DNA of 64,000 bases from an uncultured archaeon (GTDB taxonomy: Archaea > Thermoproteota > Nitrososphaeria_A > Caldarchaeales > Calditenuaceae): assembly GCA_938017985.1 (NCBI GenBank), contig CALIKS010000004.1, positions 54,692-118,691 of the forward strand. Reading direction: 5' to 3'. The position numbers and the translations under genes are program-made. Under the pieces are notes generated by a model, which was not told the DNA's origin, searched no databases, and worked only from the letters and a program-made list of their open reading frames with translations. Below, in pieces: positions 39,097-48,933 of the stretch; positions within the stretch are counted from its first letter, which is position 1; each line of letters starts with the position of its first letter.

Positions 39097-40107
39097 TTAT
39101 TTCGGTTTTACTGGCTTTCCAATTTTTGCCGACTCATAACTAGCTATTGTAATTGCTACGCCTTGGCGTCCGTCGATCCCGGATGCTATTGGATTTTTAT
39201 CCTCTACTATGCATTCTATGAAGCTTCTAATCATCTCTAGGTCGCAGTCGCATCCATAATAATGCCACGTCAATTTGTCATTTGGCTTATCCGAACCAAT
39301 GTAAGAAATATTTTGTTTAAAGGCATCTAGTAAAATTACGCCGTCGGTTCCAATCACTTTCATTGTTACATCTCCCCAAGTATATAGGCCCGCTGCGTAA
39401 GACCAGCTTCCATCGATATGTCCAACAGCTCCGTTCTCCATTAATAAAGTCGTCAAGAAGTTATCCTCAACATCAATATTCTTATTGACATTCTTTCCAA
39501 TCTCCGTGTAAACTTCGGATGCCTCACTATTCGTATACCATCTAATGAGGTCTGCCAAATGCACAGTATGGTCCATGACGGCTCCTCCACCAGAAAGTTT
39601 CTGATCAGTAAACCATCTTCTCAGAAGCGGCAAACTAGAATTAAGCTTATTCGTACCAATCAACGCTAATACTTTCCCAAATCTCCCTTCATTGATCAAG
39701 TTCTTGACTAGTATAGAAGCAGAGTGATACCGCATAACAAAGCATGTCTGGAATTTTACTCCTGACTTTTCTGCTTTCTTGATCATGTCATCAGCATCTT
39801 CTACAGTTGTGGCTATTGGCTTTTCGCATAGGATATGTTTTCCCGCCTCGGCGGCTTTGACAGCATAGTCGTGGTGCTTAACGTTTTCAGCAGTAATAAT
39901 TACTGCGTCAACGTCCTCTCTCTTTAGTAATTGTGCTGCATCTTTGTAGTATTCAATTTTGAAATTATTAGAGAACTCTTTTCCTAGTTTTTCATCTTCG
40001 TCATAGACTGCTACTATTTCTGCGTCTGGAATTTTTTTAATTGCGTTTGCATAGTTATCGGCATGGAAATGAGCCACTCCCAAAAAGCCAAATCTTATCT
40101 TTTTCAT
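39097..40107 (-). CDS. Gfo/Idh/MocA-family oxidoreductase
   Basis: Rossmann N-terminus and the EKP motif. First of three contiguous paralogs on the minus strand. Confidence 0.85.
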   Translation of the reverse strand: MKKIRFGFLGVAHFHADNYANAIKKIPDAEIVAVYDEDEKLGKEFSNNFKIEYYKDAAQLLKREDVDAVIITAENVKHHDYAVKAAEAGKHILCEKPIATTVEDADDMIKKAEKSGVKFQTCFVMRYHSASILVKNLINEGRFGKVLALIGTNKLNSSLPLLRRWFTDQKLSGGGAVMDHTVHLADLIRWYTNSEASEVYTEIGKNVNKNIDVEDNFLTTLLMENGAVGHIDGSWSYAAGLYTWGDVTMKVIGTDGVILLDAFKQNISYIGSDKPNDKLTWHYYGCDCDLEMIRSFIECIVEDKNPIASGIDGRQGVAITIASYESAKIGKPVKPK

Positions 40108-40111
40108 ATCT

Positions 40112-41146
40112 TCATCCCTCCTTTAAAGGTAGGTTGACAGGCATATTTAGTTCGGCTGATTTAAGAGCTGCTATGCAGACTTCTAGGCTCCTCCTCGCTA
40201 CTTCACCATCCGTCATTGGTGTTTTATCTTCCTTGATGCACTCGACAAAATGTTTTAACTCCCTATAAAATGGGTCGACTGGAAATGGATGGACAGCAGG
40301 CCTCCAAGGTAGGGATTCTGGCGAGAATCCACTAATCGACTCACTCGTAATCAGTTTAACAGGCACTGGTGATTGATTATCAAAACTAATCATCCCATTA
40401 GTACCGTCTACTTCAAAATTCATCATAAATGGATGCATTTTCGGTAATGCCCAGCTTGCTTCTACTAGGGCAATACCATTATTTTCAAATCTTAAATTGA
40501 TTAGTGCAAAGTCTTCAGCTGTTATGTCTTTATGGACGAGCTTCCTGACTACGCCATATACTCTCTTAACTTTGCTATTAAATATCCACATTAAATAATC
40601 AACATCATGAATAGCTAGGTCAATTGCGACGCCACCGCTCTGATTCTTATCTAAAAACCATGGGCTCCATTCAGGAATTGGGCCGCCTCTAAACGTTCTA
40701 GCTATTACTGGCTCACCGACCATTCCCCGATCAATTAGCTCTTTTGCTTTCATGTATTCTGGAAAAAATCTTAATACATGCCCTACCATTAACTTGACAT
40801 TATTCTTTATAGATGCCTCGATAATTGCGTCTGCCTCTTTTAATGTAAGGGCTATTGGCTTCTCAAGAAATACATGTTTGCCGGCATTCATGGAGGTTAT
40901 TGAGTAACTGGCATGCGTAGAAGTCGGTGTACAGACATCTACTATGTCTATGTCTTTTCTCTTCAATACTTCATCAATATTGTTATATGCCTCTACTCCA
41001 AATTTTTTCGAGACTTCTCTGACTTTCTCAATATTTCTACCGATCAAGGCTTTTACTTCGCATTCATTAATATATCGCCACGCTGAAAGATGAGTGGTGC
41101 CCATAAAGCCATATCCTACTATTGCCACTCCAAGTTTATCAGTCAT
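40112..41146 (-). CDS. Gfo/Idh/MocA-family oxidoreductase
   Basis: GVAIVGYGFMGTTH Rossmann motif and EKP. Confidence 0.85.
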   Translation of the reverse strand: MTDKLGVAIVGYGFMGTTHLSAWRYINECEVKALIGRNIEKVREVSKKFGVEAYNNIDEVLKRKDIDIVDVCTPTSTHASYSITSMNAGKHVFLEKPIALTLKEADAIIEASIKNNVKLMVGHVLRFFPEYMKAKELIDRGMVGEPVIARTFRGGPIPEWSPWFLDKNQSGGVAIDLAIHDVDYLMWIFNSKVKRVYGVVRKLVHKDITAEDFALINLRFENNGIALVEASWALPKMHPFMMNFEVDGTNGMISFDNQSPVPVKLITSESISGFSPESLPWRPAVHPFPVDPFYRELKHFVECIKEDKTPMTDGEVARRSLEVCIAALKSAELNMPVNLPLKEG

Positions 41147-41160
41147 GTTTTAACCCCAGC

Positions 41161-42231
41161 CTACTTGATTAATGGCAGCTTTACAGGCCTGTTTTCACTG
41201 TAAGAAATTATTGCCGCAAGAGCAGCTTCATGAGTATTTACAGCATCCTCAACGCTGCAATGAGATTCCTTATCTTTCAATATGCAGTCAACGAAGTGAT
41301 TTACTTCTCCCTCAAATGGATGGTGTCTAACGTCGGCCGTGTCTGGTAGAATTGTTGGAATCGTAACCCAGTCAGTCTGTCCTGGAAACTTGCTGGGAGC
41401 CCAGACTCTATTGTTTACTATTGTTCCCTTATCGCCAAAAATGGTTATGGGGAAATAATAAGGACTGGCGCAGTCAAAGTTTGAATTAATCTTTCCTATA
41501 GCTCCGTTTTCAAACTTCGCTAAAAGCACTTCAAGTCCATAATATTTTAAGTCCTTAACATGTCTATGACCACCTGAATATGCGAATACTTCGTTAATAT
41601 TGTTAGTCTTTTCGGCCTCTTTGCAAGAGAGCCATCTTGCAGCATCAAGCGCGTGGACGCCTGCTACTATAAAGCTACTGACACCATATTCTTTTGTATT
41701 GGCCCACTTCCAGCCTGACCACCACTCAGCAATGTGCGAGTTATATCCAGTCTCTATGTAATATACATCTCCTAAAGCCCCCTCAAAGAGGAGCGATTTA
41801 ATAGTCTGGAAGAGAGGATTCCATCTAAGGACGAATCCTACTACAGTTTTTACCCTAGACTTCCTAACGGCGTCCCTAATCATTTTTAACTGCTCTAGAC
41901 TAATGGCTATTGGTTTTTCAACTACCATGTGTTTTTTCGCCTCAGCTGCCAGTACTGCCTGCTCGACGTGTAGATGCTGCGGAGAACATATAGCGACTAT
42001 GTCCACGTTTGGGTCGTCGACAAGTTTTTGATAGTCAGTGTAGAGCTTAACATCTTTTAATCCACATTCCCTCGCCAAATTTTCACAGCTAACCATCCGG
42101 GGACTCATGAGAGCGACTACCTTTGTATGCGGGTTCTTCTCGAATGCAGGGACGTATTGCGTCGATACCCAGCCACAACCCGCAATACCTACTCCTAAAA
42201 TACGATTCTTGGACATAAAAAGTGATAACAA
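41161..42231 (-). CDS. Gfo/Idh/MocA-family oxidoreductase
   Basis: LGVGIAGCGWVS Rossmann motif and EKP. 356 aa. Confidence 0.85.
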   Translation of the reverse strand: MLSLFMSKNRILGVGIAGCGWVSTQYVPAFEKNPHTKVVALMSPRMVSCENLARECGLKDVKLYTDYQKLVDDPNVDIVAICSPQHLHVEQAVLAAEAKKHMVVEKPIAISLEQLKMIRDAVRKSRVKTVVGFVLRWNPLFQTIKSLLFEGALGDVYYIETGYNSHIAEWWSGWKWANTKEYGVSSFIVAGVHALDAARWLSCKEAEKTNNINEVFAYSGGHRHVKDLKYYGLEVLLAKFENGAIGKINSNFDCASPYYFPITIFGDKGTIVNNRVWAPSKFPGQTDWVTIPTILPDTADVRHHPFEGEVNHFVDCILKDKESHCSVEDAVNTHEAALAAIISYSENRPVKLPLIK

Positions 42232-42319
42232 AAACTATAAAATAAGTTTTTCCATAAATAGTAAGATTATACTGATAATTCAAAAGTATGGTTTATATAC
42301 AGGTATATACTTTTAAAAA

Positions 42320-43882
42320 ATGCGTGAAAATATGAGTGGTCAAGAGAAAGTTGTTTCTAGACGCAAATTCCTTGGTGCTGTAGGTGGGCTGGCGGCAGCA
42401 ACCGTTGTCGGATGGGGCCTAGCAGGGTATTACGCAGCACAACCTCCAAGAGAAGTGGTAAGGACTGTCACCCAGACCCAAACCGTGACTCAAACAGTTA
42501 CACAGACGGTGGGCGTCACCACGACCCCTCCGACTACTACGGCTACGCTTCCTCCACTTAGTAAATTCGTAGACATCGAGTGGGGGATCTGGAGCTGGGG
42601 AGTTGAGCTCTGCAACGACAATGCAAGAATCTTCAATGAGAATAACACAGACATGAAGCTACACGTAACTGACCTCGGTGCGAACTATATGGCAAACCTA
42701 TTTGCAAGATACGCGGCTGGCGACCCGCCCGACATATACTACGCTACTCCAGACATAGCATATGTCGTCCAGTATAGAAAGTGGGCAGCCGACATTGAGG
42801 ATTATTTCCCCGAGGCTAGGAGATATTTAGATGATATATACCCTGGAATGAGGGAGTTCTACATCAACCCGTTCACTGGTAAAGTTCATGGCCTCTGCTA
42901 CTGGGCTGGACCATACGTGTTTGCCTACAATAAGAGACACCTATCCGAGGCTGGAATAGGCGCTCCACCCAAAAACTATGAAGAGGTTGCTGAGCAGGCT
43001 AGAATAATAAAGCAGAAAGGAATATGCGAGTATCCAATTGGAGCGCTATGGTCATGGGGATTCCCTGCCCTTTGGTACAATATAATGTTGGGTTATCATG
43101 AGCCAAAGCCAGGGACACGCTTCCTATTTGATGAAGACTTAAATCCAATATTTGACGACAGGGGAACTCCATTCTTCGAGGCCATTAAATGGTTATTAGA
43201 AAGAGTCGTAGTGGACAAGACAATATCGCCAGGAATTAGAGAATATGACGAGTCTGGTATAACTACGGCATTGGGTTCAGGAACTGTCACATTCTGTCCC
43301 AACTTACCAGACTACGACATAGCGGGGGCCAATGTGCCAGAACTTAAGGAAAGCGGTAACATAACTATGTGCTTGAATCCGGGAACTGGTTATGCAGTAT
43401 ATCACCCAACAAACTATAGCACCTCAACCAGGTGTATGGAGAAGGGAAGAGACAACCAAATTGCAGTATGGCGAGTAATGCAATTCCTCGGAGGTAAGAC
43501 TACTAATGCTAGGCCAGACTTTGAACGTGGTGAATACTTTGTATGCAACAGGTTAATCAGGCAATACGGTGTAACTTCAGCGTATAGGCCAGTGATGGAG
43601 GACCCAACTAACAAGGAAGTCTTAAGAAAATTAAAGATAGATCCAGATCTCCTTCTCGCTCAGTATGAAAAGCTAACTACGATACTTTGGAGGGACCCCG
43701 TCCTGACGCCCTGGTGGGCTGACTGGTTTAGCTCTCCAAGTAGTGAGGCTGGAGGAAGAGTCAAACCAAAGTTTGAAGAATTCTTAACTGGCGCCAGATC
43801 ATACAGCGATGCTGATATTTTGAATTTCTTGAAGGAAATAGCAGAGGATTGGAAAAGAGCTAAGAAGGAGGCTGGAATGTAG
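42320..43882 (+). CDS. ABC transporter extracellular solute-binding protein (sugar), with Thr-rich linker
   Basis: N-terminal signal/anchor helix, then TVTQTQTVTQTVTQTVGVTTTPPTTTATLPP linker, then a family 1-like SBP fold. 520 aa. Confidence 0.8.
   Translation: MRENMSGQEKVVSRRKFLGAVGGLAAATVVGWGLAGYYAAQPPREVVRTVTQTQTVTQTVTQTVGVTTTPPTTTATLPPLSKFVDIEWGIWSWGVELCNDNARIFNENNTDMKLHVTDLGANYMANLFARYAAGDPPDIYYATPDIAYVVQYRKWAADIEDYFPEARRYLDDIYPGMREFYINPFTGKVHGLCYWAGPYVFAYNKRHLSEAGIGAPPKNYEEVAEQARIIKQKGICEYPIGALWSWGFPALWYNIMLGYHEPKPGTRFLFDEDLNPIFDDRGTPFFEAIKWLLERVVVDKTISPGIREYDESGITTALGSGTVTFCPNLPDYDIAGANVPELKESGNITMCLNPGTGYAVYHPTNYSTSTRCMEKGRDNQIAVWRVMQFLGGKTTNARPDFERGEYFVCNRLIRQYGVTSAYRPVMEDPTNKEVLRKLKIDPDLLLAQYEKLTTILWRDPVLTPWWADWFSSPSSEAGGRVKPKFEEFLTGARSYSDADILNFLKEIAEDWKRAKKEAGM
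42466..42545 (+). repeat. degenerate tandem hexanucleotide repeats encoding a (TVTQ)n / poly-Thr linker
   Basis: Repeated acccagacc/caaaccgtgact/caaacagttaca units inside the SBP gene. Confidence 0.5.
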
Positions 43883-43883
43883 A

Positions 43884-44768
43884 GTGGTCTCGAAGACGGC
43901 AACGCTATTCATCTGTCTAATTCCAGCTTTAACCCCTCTTTTTTTGTTTGGATTTTATCCCCTTACTTATGCATTTTATCTTAGCTTCACCTTCTATAAT
44001 TTAAAAACGCCAATTGAGCCGTACTTCTATGGGTTAGGTAATTACTTTGCCTTATCAGAAGACCCCGTCTTTATAAGGGCGCTGCAGGCTACGGGCCTAT
44101 TTGCGTTAATTACGGTGCCGTTGATAACTTTAATATCGCTTGGGCAAGCACTTTTGCTTGCTAGTCAGTTTAAAGGAGTCAAATATCTTCAGGTTCTCGC
44201 GCTGCTTCCTTGGGGAATACCGCTAGTCGTGAGTTCAACGGTCTATAGATTGTTCTTTGATTTTAATTTTGGTTTATTTAATGATTTAATGGTAAAACTA
44301 GGCGTTATAAATCAGTATGTTTCTTGGCTCTCGATGCCTTGGTCGGCTCTGTTTATTGTGGCGTTAGCACATATTTGGGTTAATACTCCATTACCAACGC
44401 TACTTATTCTAGCAGGTATACAATCAATACCAAAGGAACTTTACGAAGCTGCATATATAGATGGAGCGAAGACCTTTGCGCGGTTTAAAATGGTTACTTG
44501 GAATTGGCTTCGACCAATAATGCTAATAGTACTGGTCTATTCCTCACTCAGTGCATTGTGGTGTTTTGACCCAATCTATGTAATAACTGCAGGCGGTCCA
44601 GCCGACTTCACAAAGCTAATAACTTTCTACACATATGAAAAAATGTTTAGCTACCTTAACTTTGGACACGCTGGAGCAATAACAATTCTAATCCTAGGAC
44701 TAACGGGATTATTAATATACGCATACTTCAGGGCCTTGAGGCTTGGACGCGTTAGATTAAGGGTGTGA
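43884..44768 (+). CDS. ABC transporter permease (MalF/UgpA-like)
   Basis: 6 TM helices and an EAA-like loop (EAAYIDGAKTFARF). Confidence 0.85.
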   Translation: MVSKTATLFICLIPALTPLFLFGFYPLTYAFYLSFTFYNLKTPIEPYFYGLGNYFALSEDPVFIRALQATGLFALITVPLITLISLGQALLLASQFKGVKYLQVLALLPWGIPLVVSSTVYRLFFDFNFGLFNDLMVKLGVINQYVSWLSMPWSALFIVALAHIWVNTPLPTLLILAGIQSIPKELYEAAYIDGAKTFARFKMVTWNWLRPIMLIVLVYSSLSALWCFDPIYVITAGGPADFTKLITFYTYEKMFSYLNFGHAGAITILILGLTGLLIYAYFRALRLGRVRLRV

Positions 44769-44774
44769 GGCGTC

Positions 44775-45671
44775 ATGGCATTAAACACAAAAAAGTCTAA
44801 CTTGGGATTGTATATCGCGGCTCTCATAGTAGTAATTTGGATAGTCTTCCCGATTTACTGGATGATAAACCTAAGTGTGCAGACAGAGAAGGAAATATAC
44901 AGTGTTCCTCCATATTATATTCCGCCCAATCCTAATATAAACAACTACTGGTTCATCTTTGACATCGATGCTGCAGTTAAATATTTCTTAGAACAAGGCA
45001 TGTCTCTCTTCCTATTTATCCCTGGCTCGATCAAAGATTTTCCGAGAGCAATACTCAATAGCGTAATAATTGCAGGCGTGGTAATGATTTACAACCTCAT
45101 TGCCGGAACTCTCGGCTCATTTGCCTTGACTAGGATTAGGTTTAAAGGAGCCATGCCATTATTTTATCTCTCAATAGTTGGAAGATTATTGCCCCCCGTC
45201 GTCATCGCAGTCCCTTACTACGTAATAATCAGAAGCATTGGCCTGCTTGACACCTTGTGGTCAGTAATTATGGTTCATATAATGTTTACTATGCCCTTCA
45301 CAATATGGATATTAAACACATACCTTCTAGGCATACCGACAGACATAGAAGACGCTGCAAGAGTAGATGGATACTCATACTTCGAGATCCTGAGAAAAAT
45401 TACTTTCCCAATCATAAAACCAGCCATTGTGGCAATCGCGATAACTTCGTTCATGATTTCCTATGGCGAATTCTTCTATGCTCTGCTGCTCACGAAGACT
45501 GCGGCATCAAGAACTATTCCAGTAATCATTGGCTCAGCAATGTCTGAGCCCAGGGTAGTTAAGGGCCTGATATGTGCCATGGGGGTCCTTGCGATGATTC
45601 CAGCAATGGCCATAATAATAATCTTCAGGAGATATTTGATAAGAGGACTTGTAGCAGGAGCAGTAAAGTAA
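44775..45671 (+). CDS. ABC transporter permease (MalG/UgpE-like)
   Basis: 6 TM helices and an EAA loop (EDAARVDGYSYFEI). Confidence 0.85.
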   Translation: MALNTKKSNLGLYIAALIVVIWIVFPIYWMINLSVQTEKEIYSVPPYYIPPNPNINNYWFIFDIDAAVKYFLEQGMSLFLFIPGSIKDFPRAILNSVIIAGVVMIYNLIAGTLGSFALTRIRFKGAMPLFYLSIVGRLLPPVVIAVPYYVIIRSIGLLDTLWSVIMVHIMFTMPFTIWILNTYLLGIPTDIEDAARVDGYSYFEILRKITFPIIKPAIVAIAITSFMISYGEFFYALLLTKTAASRTIPVIIGSAMSEPRVVKGLICAMGVLAMIPAMAIIIIFRRYLIRGLVAGAVK

Positions 45672-45708
45672 AACGTTTTTTATTACAATTTTAAGCTAGC
45701 CCAAATCA

Positions 45709-46755
45709 TTATTCATGCATAGGTTCTTGAAGTGTTATGCAGTGTATTCCGCCCAATCCATAGAATAATTCTCGTGATTTTATCGGCACTATTTCTTTAT
45801 TGCTTATAGATTCCTGAAGGATGCGTATTGCTGTCTCGTCATCCTTGCATTCAAATACTGGCACTAGGATGGACCTATTTCCTATGTAAAAATTAGCGTA
45901 GCTTGCAGGAACATCCATATCGAGAACTTTGATCTTGGACGGTAAGGGCAGGAAGACTAAATCTATTTCACGGCCACTATTCTCAATCCATTTCTCTAGC
46001 GCTCTTTTATTCTTATTCATTATTTCCATGTTGGGGCCGCTATGTCTCTCATCCCACACTAGTAAGAGTTTATCTCTACTTATGAATCTGCAGAAGACGT
46101 CAATATGCCCATCCGTATCATCTCCAACCAGCCCTTCGTCAAGCCAGACAATATCACTAATTCCCAAGTAATCACTCAGTATTCTTTCAGCATTTTTTTT
46201 AGTCAAGCCCGAATTCCTATTTTTGTTAAGTATTGATTCTTTAGTTGTTATGATTGTGCCTTGTCCATCTGTCTCAATTGCTCCTCCCTCAATTGTAAGT
46301 TCTGACATGAATGCTTCGGCACTCGTATCGAGTAGTAGCTTCATTCCTGCACTATCGTCTTCAGCAAGGTCTGGATATTTCATTCCCCATGCATTGAATA
46401 TCCACTTGACTCCCCCCAGCTTCTCTCCTAGGGCTTTGATGAATGTCGGACCATAGTCTCGGACCCATACGTCTCTTGTCTGTATCTGGCGAAATTCAAC
46501 TCCGGCATGACCTACACCATGCATCTCTAGAGTTTTTTCAACGATGCATACCCACTCCTCGTTATCTACCATTATCTTGACTTTTTCTCCCTTCCTCAAT
46601 GCCTCAATGATCTCGCAATAGGTCTCCTCGACTTTAGGCAGTATTTTTTCGGGAAATGTATCTCTATTCTTGGGCCAAGCTATCCAAGTAGCGGCGTGTG
46701 GCTCCCACTCTGCTGGTAAGCGATATCCGAGCAGCTTCGGGATATGATTTTTCAT
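45709..46755 (-). CDS. aguA: agmatine deiminase (porphyranase-type PAD family)
   Basis: N-terminal LPAEWEPH...WIAWP and the C-terminal catalytic region GGIHCITLQEP with catalytic Cys. Confidence 0.85.
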   Translation of the reverse strand: MKNHIPKLLGYRLPAEWEPHAATWIAWPKNRDTFPEKILPKVEETYCEIIEALRKGEKVKIMVDNEEWVCIVEKTLEMHGVGHAGVEFRQIQTRDVWVRDYGPTFIKALGEKLGGVKWIFNAWGMKYPDLAEDDSAGMKLLLDTSAEAFMSELTIEGGAIETDGQGTIITTKESILNKNRNSGLTKKNAERILSDYLGISDIVWLDEGLVGDDTDGHIDVFCRFISRDKLLLVWDERHSGPNMEIMNKNKRALEKWIENSGREIDLVFLPLPSKIKVLDMDVPASYANFYIGNRSILVPVFECKDDETAIRILQESISNKEIVPIKSRELFYGLGGIHCITLQEPMHE

Positions 46756-47594
46756 TTCTTGATGATTCTCCTGTATGTGTTTGGTCTGCGATTTTCTAAA
46801 AAGCCCCAGCCAGATTTAACTCTCTCGCTAAGTTTAAAATCAACATCAGCTATAAGTATCTCTTCCTTGTCGCTGCCCATTAGGAGTATTTTTCCAAAGG
46901 CGTCACAGATGAATGAGCTTCCCCAAAAGTTTATCCTTCCTTCTTTTCCAGCTCTATTTACAGTTGCGACAGGAATCGCGTTTGATATTGCGTGACCTCT
47001 CTGGACAGTAATCCAGGCATCCTTCCAGTCCCCCTCATCTTGTTCGATTCCATCAACTGTTCCTATTGCTGATGGATAAAATATTATATCTGCGCCCATT
47101 AGTGCATTAATCCTAGCAGCCTCGGGGAACCACTGGTCATAGCATATCAATACGCCTATCCTTCCTCTATGAGTGTTGAAGACTCTATATCCTAGGTTTC
47201 CAGGTGAAAAATAGTTCTTTTCATAGAAGCATTCGTCATTAGGCAAGTGAATCTTTCTGTATTTACCGACTATTCTGCCATCTGTGTCAAAGACAAGCGA
47301 TGTATTGTAAAAATTTTTACCGGCACGCTCGCATATCGACCCGGCCACTAGGACTATTCCGTATTTTCTTGTAGTTTCCGTGAGGGTCCTAGCTACTTCT
47401 CCCGGGATTACTTCGTAATACGGTATTTTACCAGTAGGCATCTGGGGAAAATAGGTACTCATGAAGAGCTCAGGCAAACAGACAACATTCGCGCCTCTCT
47501 TAGCAGCATCCTTAATCATGGATAATGCTTTACTAAGATTATCAGTAGGGTTCTCCGACATTGACATCTGTACTAAGCCAACGGTAATCTTCAT
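46752..47594 (-). CDS. aguB: N-carbamoylputrescine amidase / CN-hydrolase (nitrilase superfamily)
   Basis: E-K-C triad context (VVCLPEL, ICYDQWFPE). Overlaps aguA by 4 nt. Confidence 0.85.
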   Translation of the reverse strand: MKITVGLVQMSMSENPTDNLSKALSMIKDAAKRGANVVCLPELFMSTYFPQMPTGKIPYYEVIPGEVARTLTETTRKYGIVLVAGSICERAGKNFYNTSLVFDTDGRIVGKYRKIHLPNDECFYEKNYFSPGNLGYRVFNTHRGRIGVLICYDQWFPEAARINALMGADIIFYPSAIGTVDGIEQDEGDWKDAWITVQRGHAISNAIPVATVNRAGKEGRINFWGSSFICDAFGKILLMGSDKEEILIADVDFKLSERVKSGWGFLENRRPNTYRRIIKK

Positions 47595-47689
47595 CCCTCT
47601 CGGTAGGAAAAAATTAATTCATCCGGTTTTAACTTTATGGTTACTTCAAAATTTTTATAAGACATTAATAGTCTTGAAAATGATAATGT

Positions 47690-48883
47690 TTGAATCTTAA
47701 CGTGAATTCCAATAGGCTGTCCAGAAAATTATTGATGATTCCTGGACCCACTGAATGTCTTGAGGAGGTATTATCATGCATGTCTAAGCCGCCTCCGGCT
47801 CATTATATGGAAGATTTTGTGGCAATTTATAATGAAGTTATAGCTATGCTTAAGCAACTCTTCGGAACAAGTGGTGACGTGTTTTTAATTACTGGAAGCG
47901 GCTCAGCAGGGCTTGAGGCATCTATTATCAGTCTTATCGAGCCGGGCGACAAAGTTGTTACGGATGAGTATTACATAAAGTTCATACAGGCCGTAGGTGC
48001 TAGGGCGATTGTAGTTGAAAGGAAGCGAGGAGAGGCAATAACAGCTGAATTGATTGATAAAGTATTGCAGCAGGAGAATGAGGTGAAGGCTGTGGCGATA
48101 GCGCATAACGATACTGCGCAGGGAATAACTAATCCTATCGATGAGATAAGTAAGGTTGTTAAAAAGCACGGAGCATTATTAATTATTGACGCTGTCTCGT
48201 CATTAGGAGCCATACCTGTTAGATTTGATGAGTGGGGCATAGACGTATGTTCTTCAGGTTCTCAGAAGGCATTGTCGATTCCTCCGGGATTGGCTCCAGT
48301 AGCAGTGAGTAAACATGCATGGGACGTCATTATTAATAGAAAGTGTCCGATTCCTAGTAGATACTTAAGTCTACTTAGTTACCGTGAGGCTCATGAGAAA
48401 TATGGAGATTGGCACCCTACGCCCTTCACTACATCAACTGCTCTAGTAGTAGCTCTACGCACGTCTCTTCAGTCATTGATGAGAGAGGGTTTAGAAAGAG
48501 TTTATGAGAGACATGCTAAGATAGCAAGAGCAGTGAGGGAAGCAGTTAAGGCGGCTAGTCTTAGTTTACTAGTCAAGGATGAAAGGTATGCATCTAATAC
48601 AGTAACGGCAGTCAAGTGGCCAGATGGATATGACTATGTGAAGTTTTGGCACTCATTGTACAATAAGTTTGGAATAATGATTGGTAATCCTCCAGCCCAA
48701 TGGGCAGCTTGGCCCATCTTTAAGGACTCTTTCAGAATTGGACATATGGGAAGAACAGCTAATCCTGACTATGTTCTTACTACATTATGTGCAATTGAAA
48801 AAGCATTGAGAGAGATAAATTATCCTATTAAAGAGAGAATTATGTTTGAGACGGCTGAAAAAATATTGGGAATAAAGACGTGA
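47690..48883 (+). CDS. class V aminotransferase (AGT / phosphoserine aminotransferase family)
   Basis: LLMIPGPTE N-terminus and a SGSQKAL PLP-lysine motif. Confidence 0.8.
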   Translation: MNLNVNSNRLSRKLLMIPGPTECLEEVLSCMSKPPPAHYMEDFVAIYNEVIAMLKQLFGTSGDVFLITGSGSAGLEASIISLIEPGDKVVTDEYYIKFIQAVGARAIVVERKRGEAITAELIDKVLQQENEVKAVAIAHNDTAQGITNPIDEISKVVKKHGALLIIDAVSSLGAIPVRFDEWGIDVCSSGSQKALSIPPGLAPVAVSKHAWDVIINRKCPIPSRYLSLLSYREAHEKYGDWHPTPFTTSTALVVALRTSLQSLMREGLERVYERHAKIARAVREAVKAASLSLLVKDERYASNTVTAVKWPDGYDYVKFWHSLYNKFGIMIGNPPAQWAAWPIFKDSFRIGHMGRTANPDYVLTTLCAIEKALREINYPIKERIMFETAEKILGIKT

Positions 48884-48933
48884 TCCTTTTTTATTTATTA
48901 ATACGAGCTAGTCATATTTTTTGGTGACTGCTG

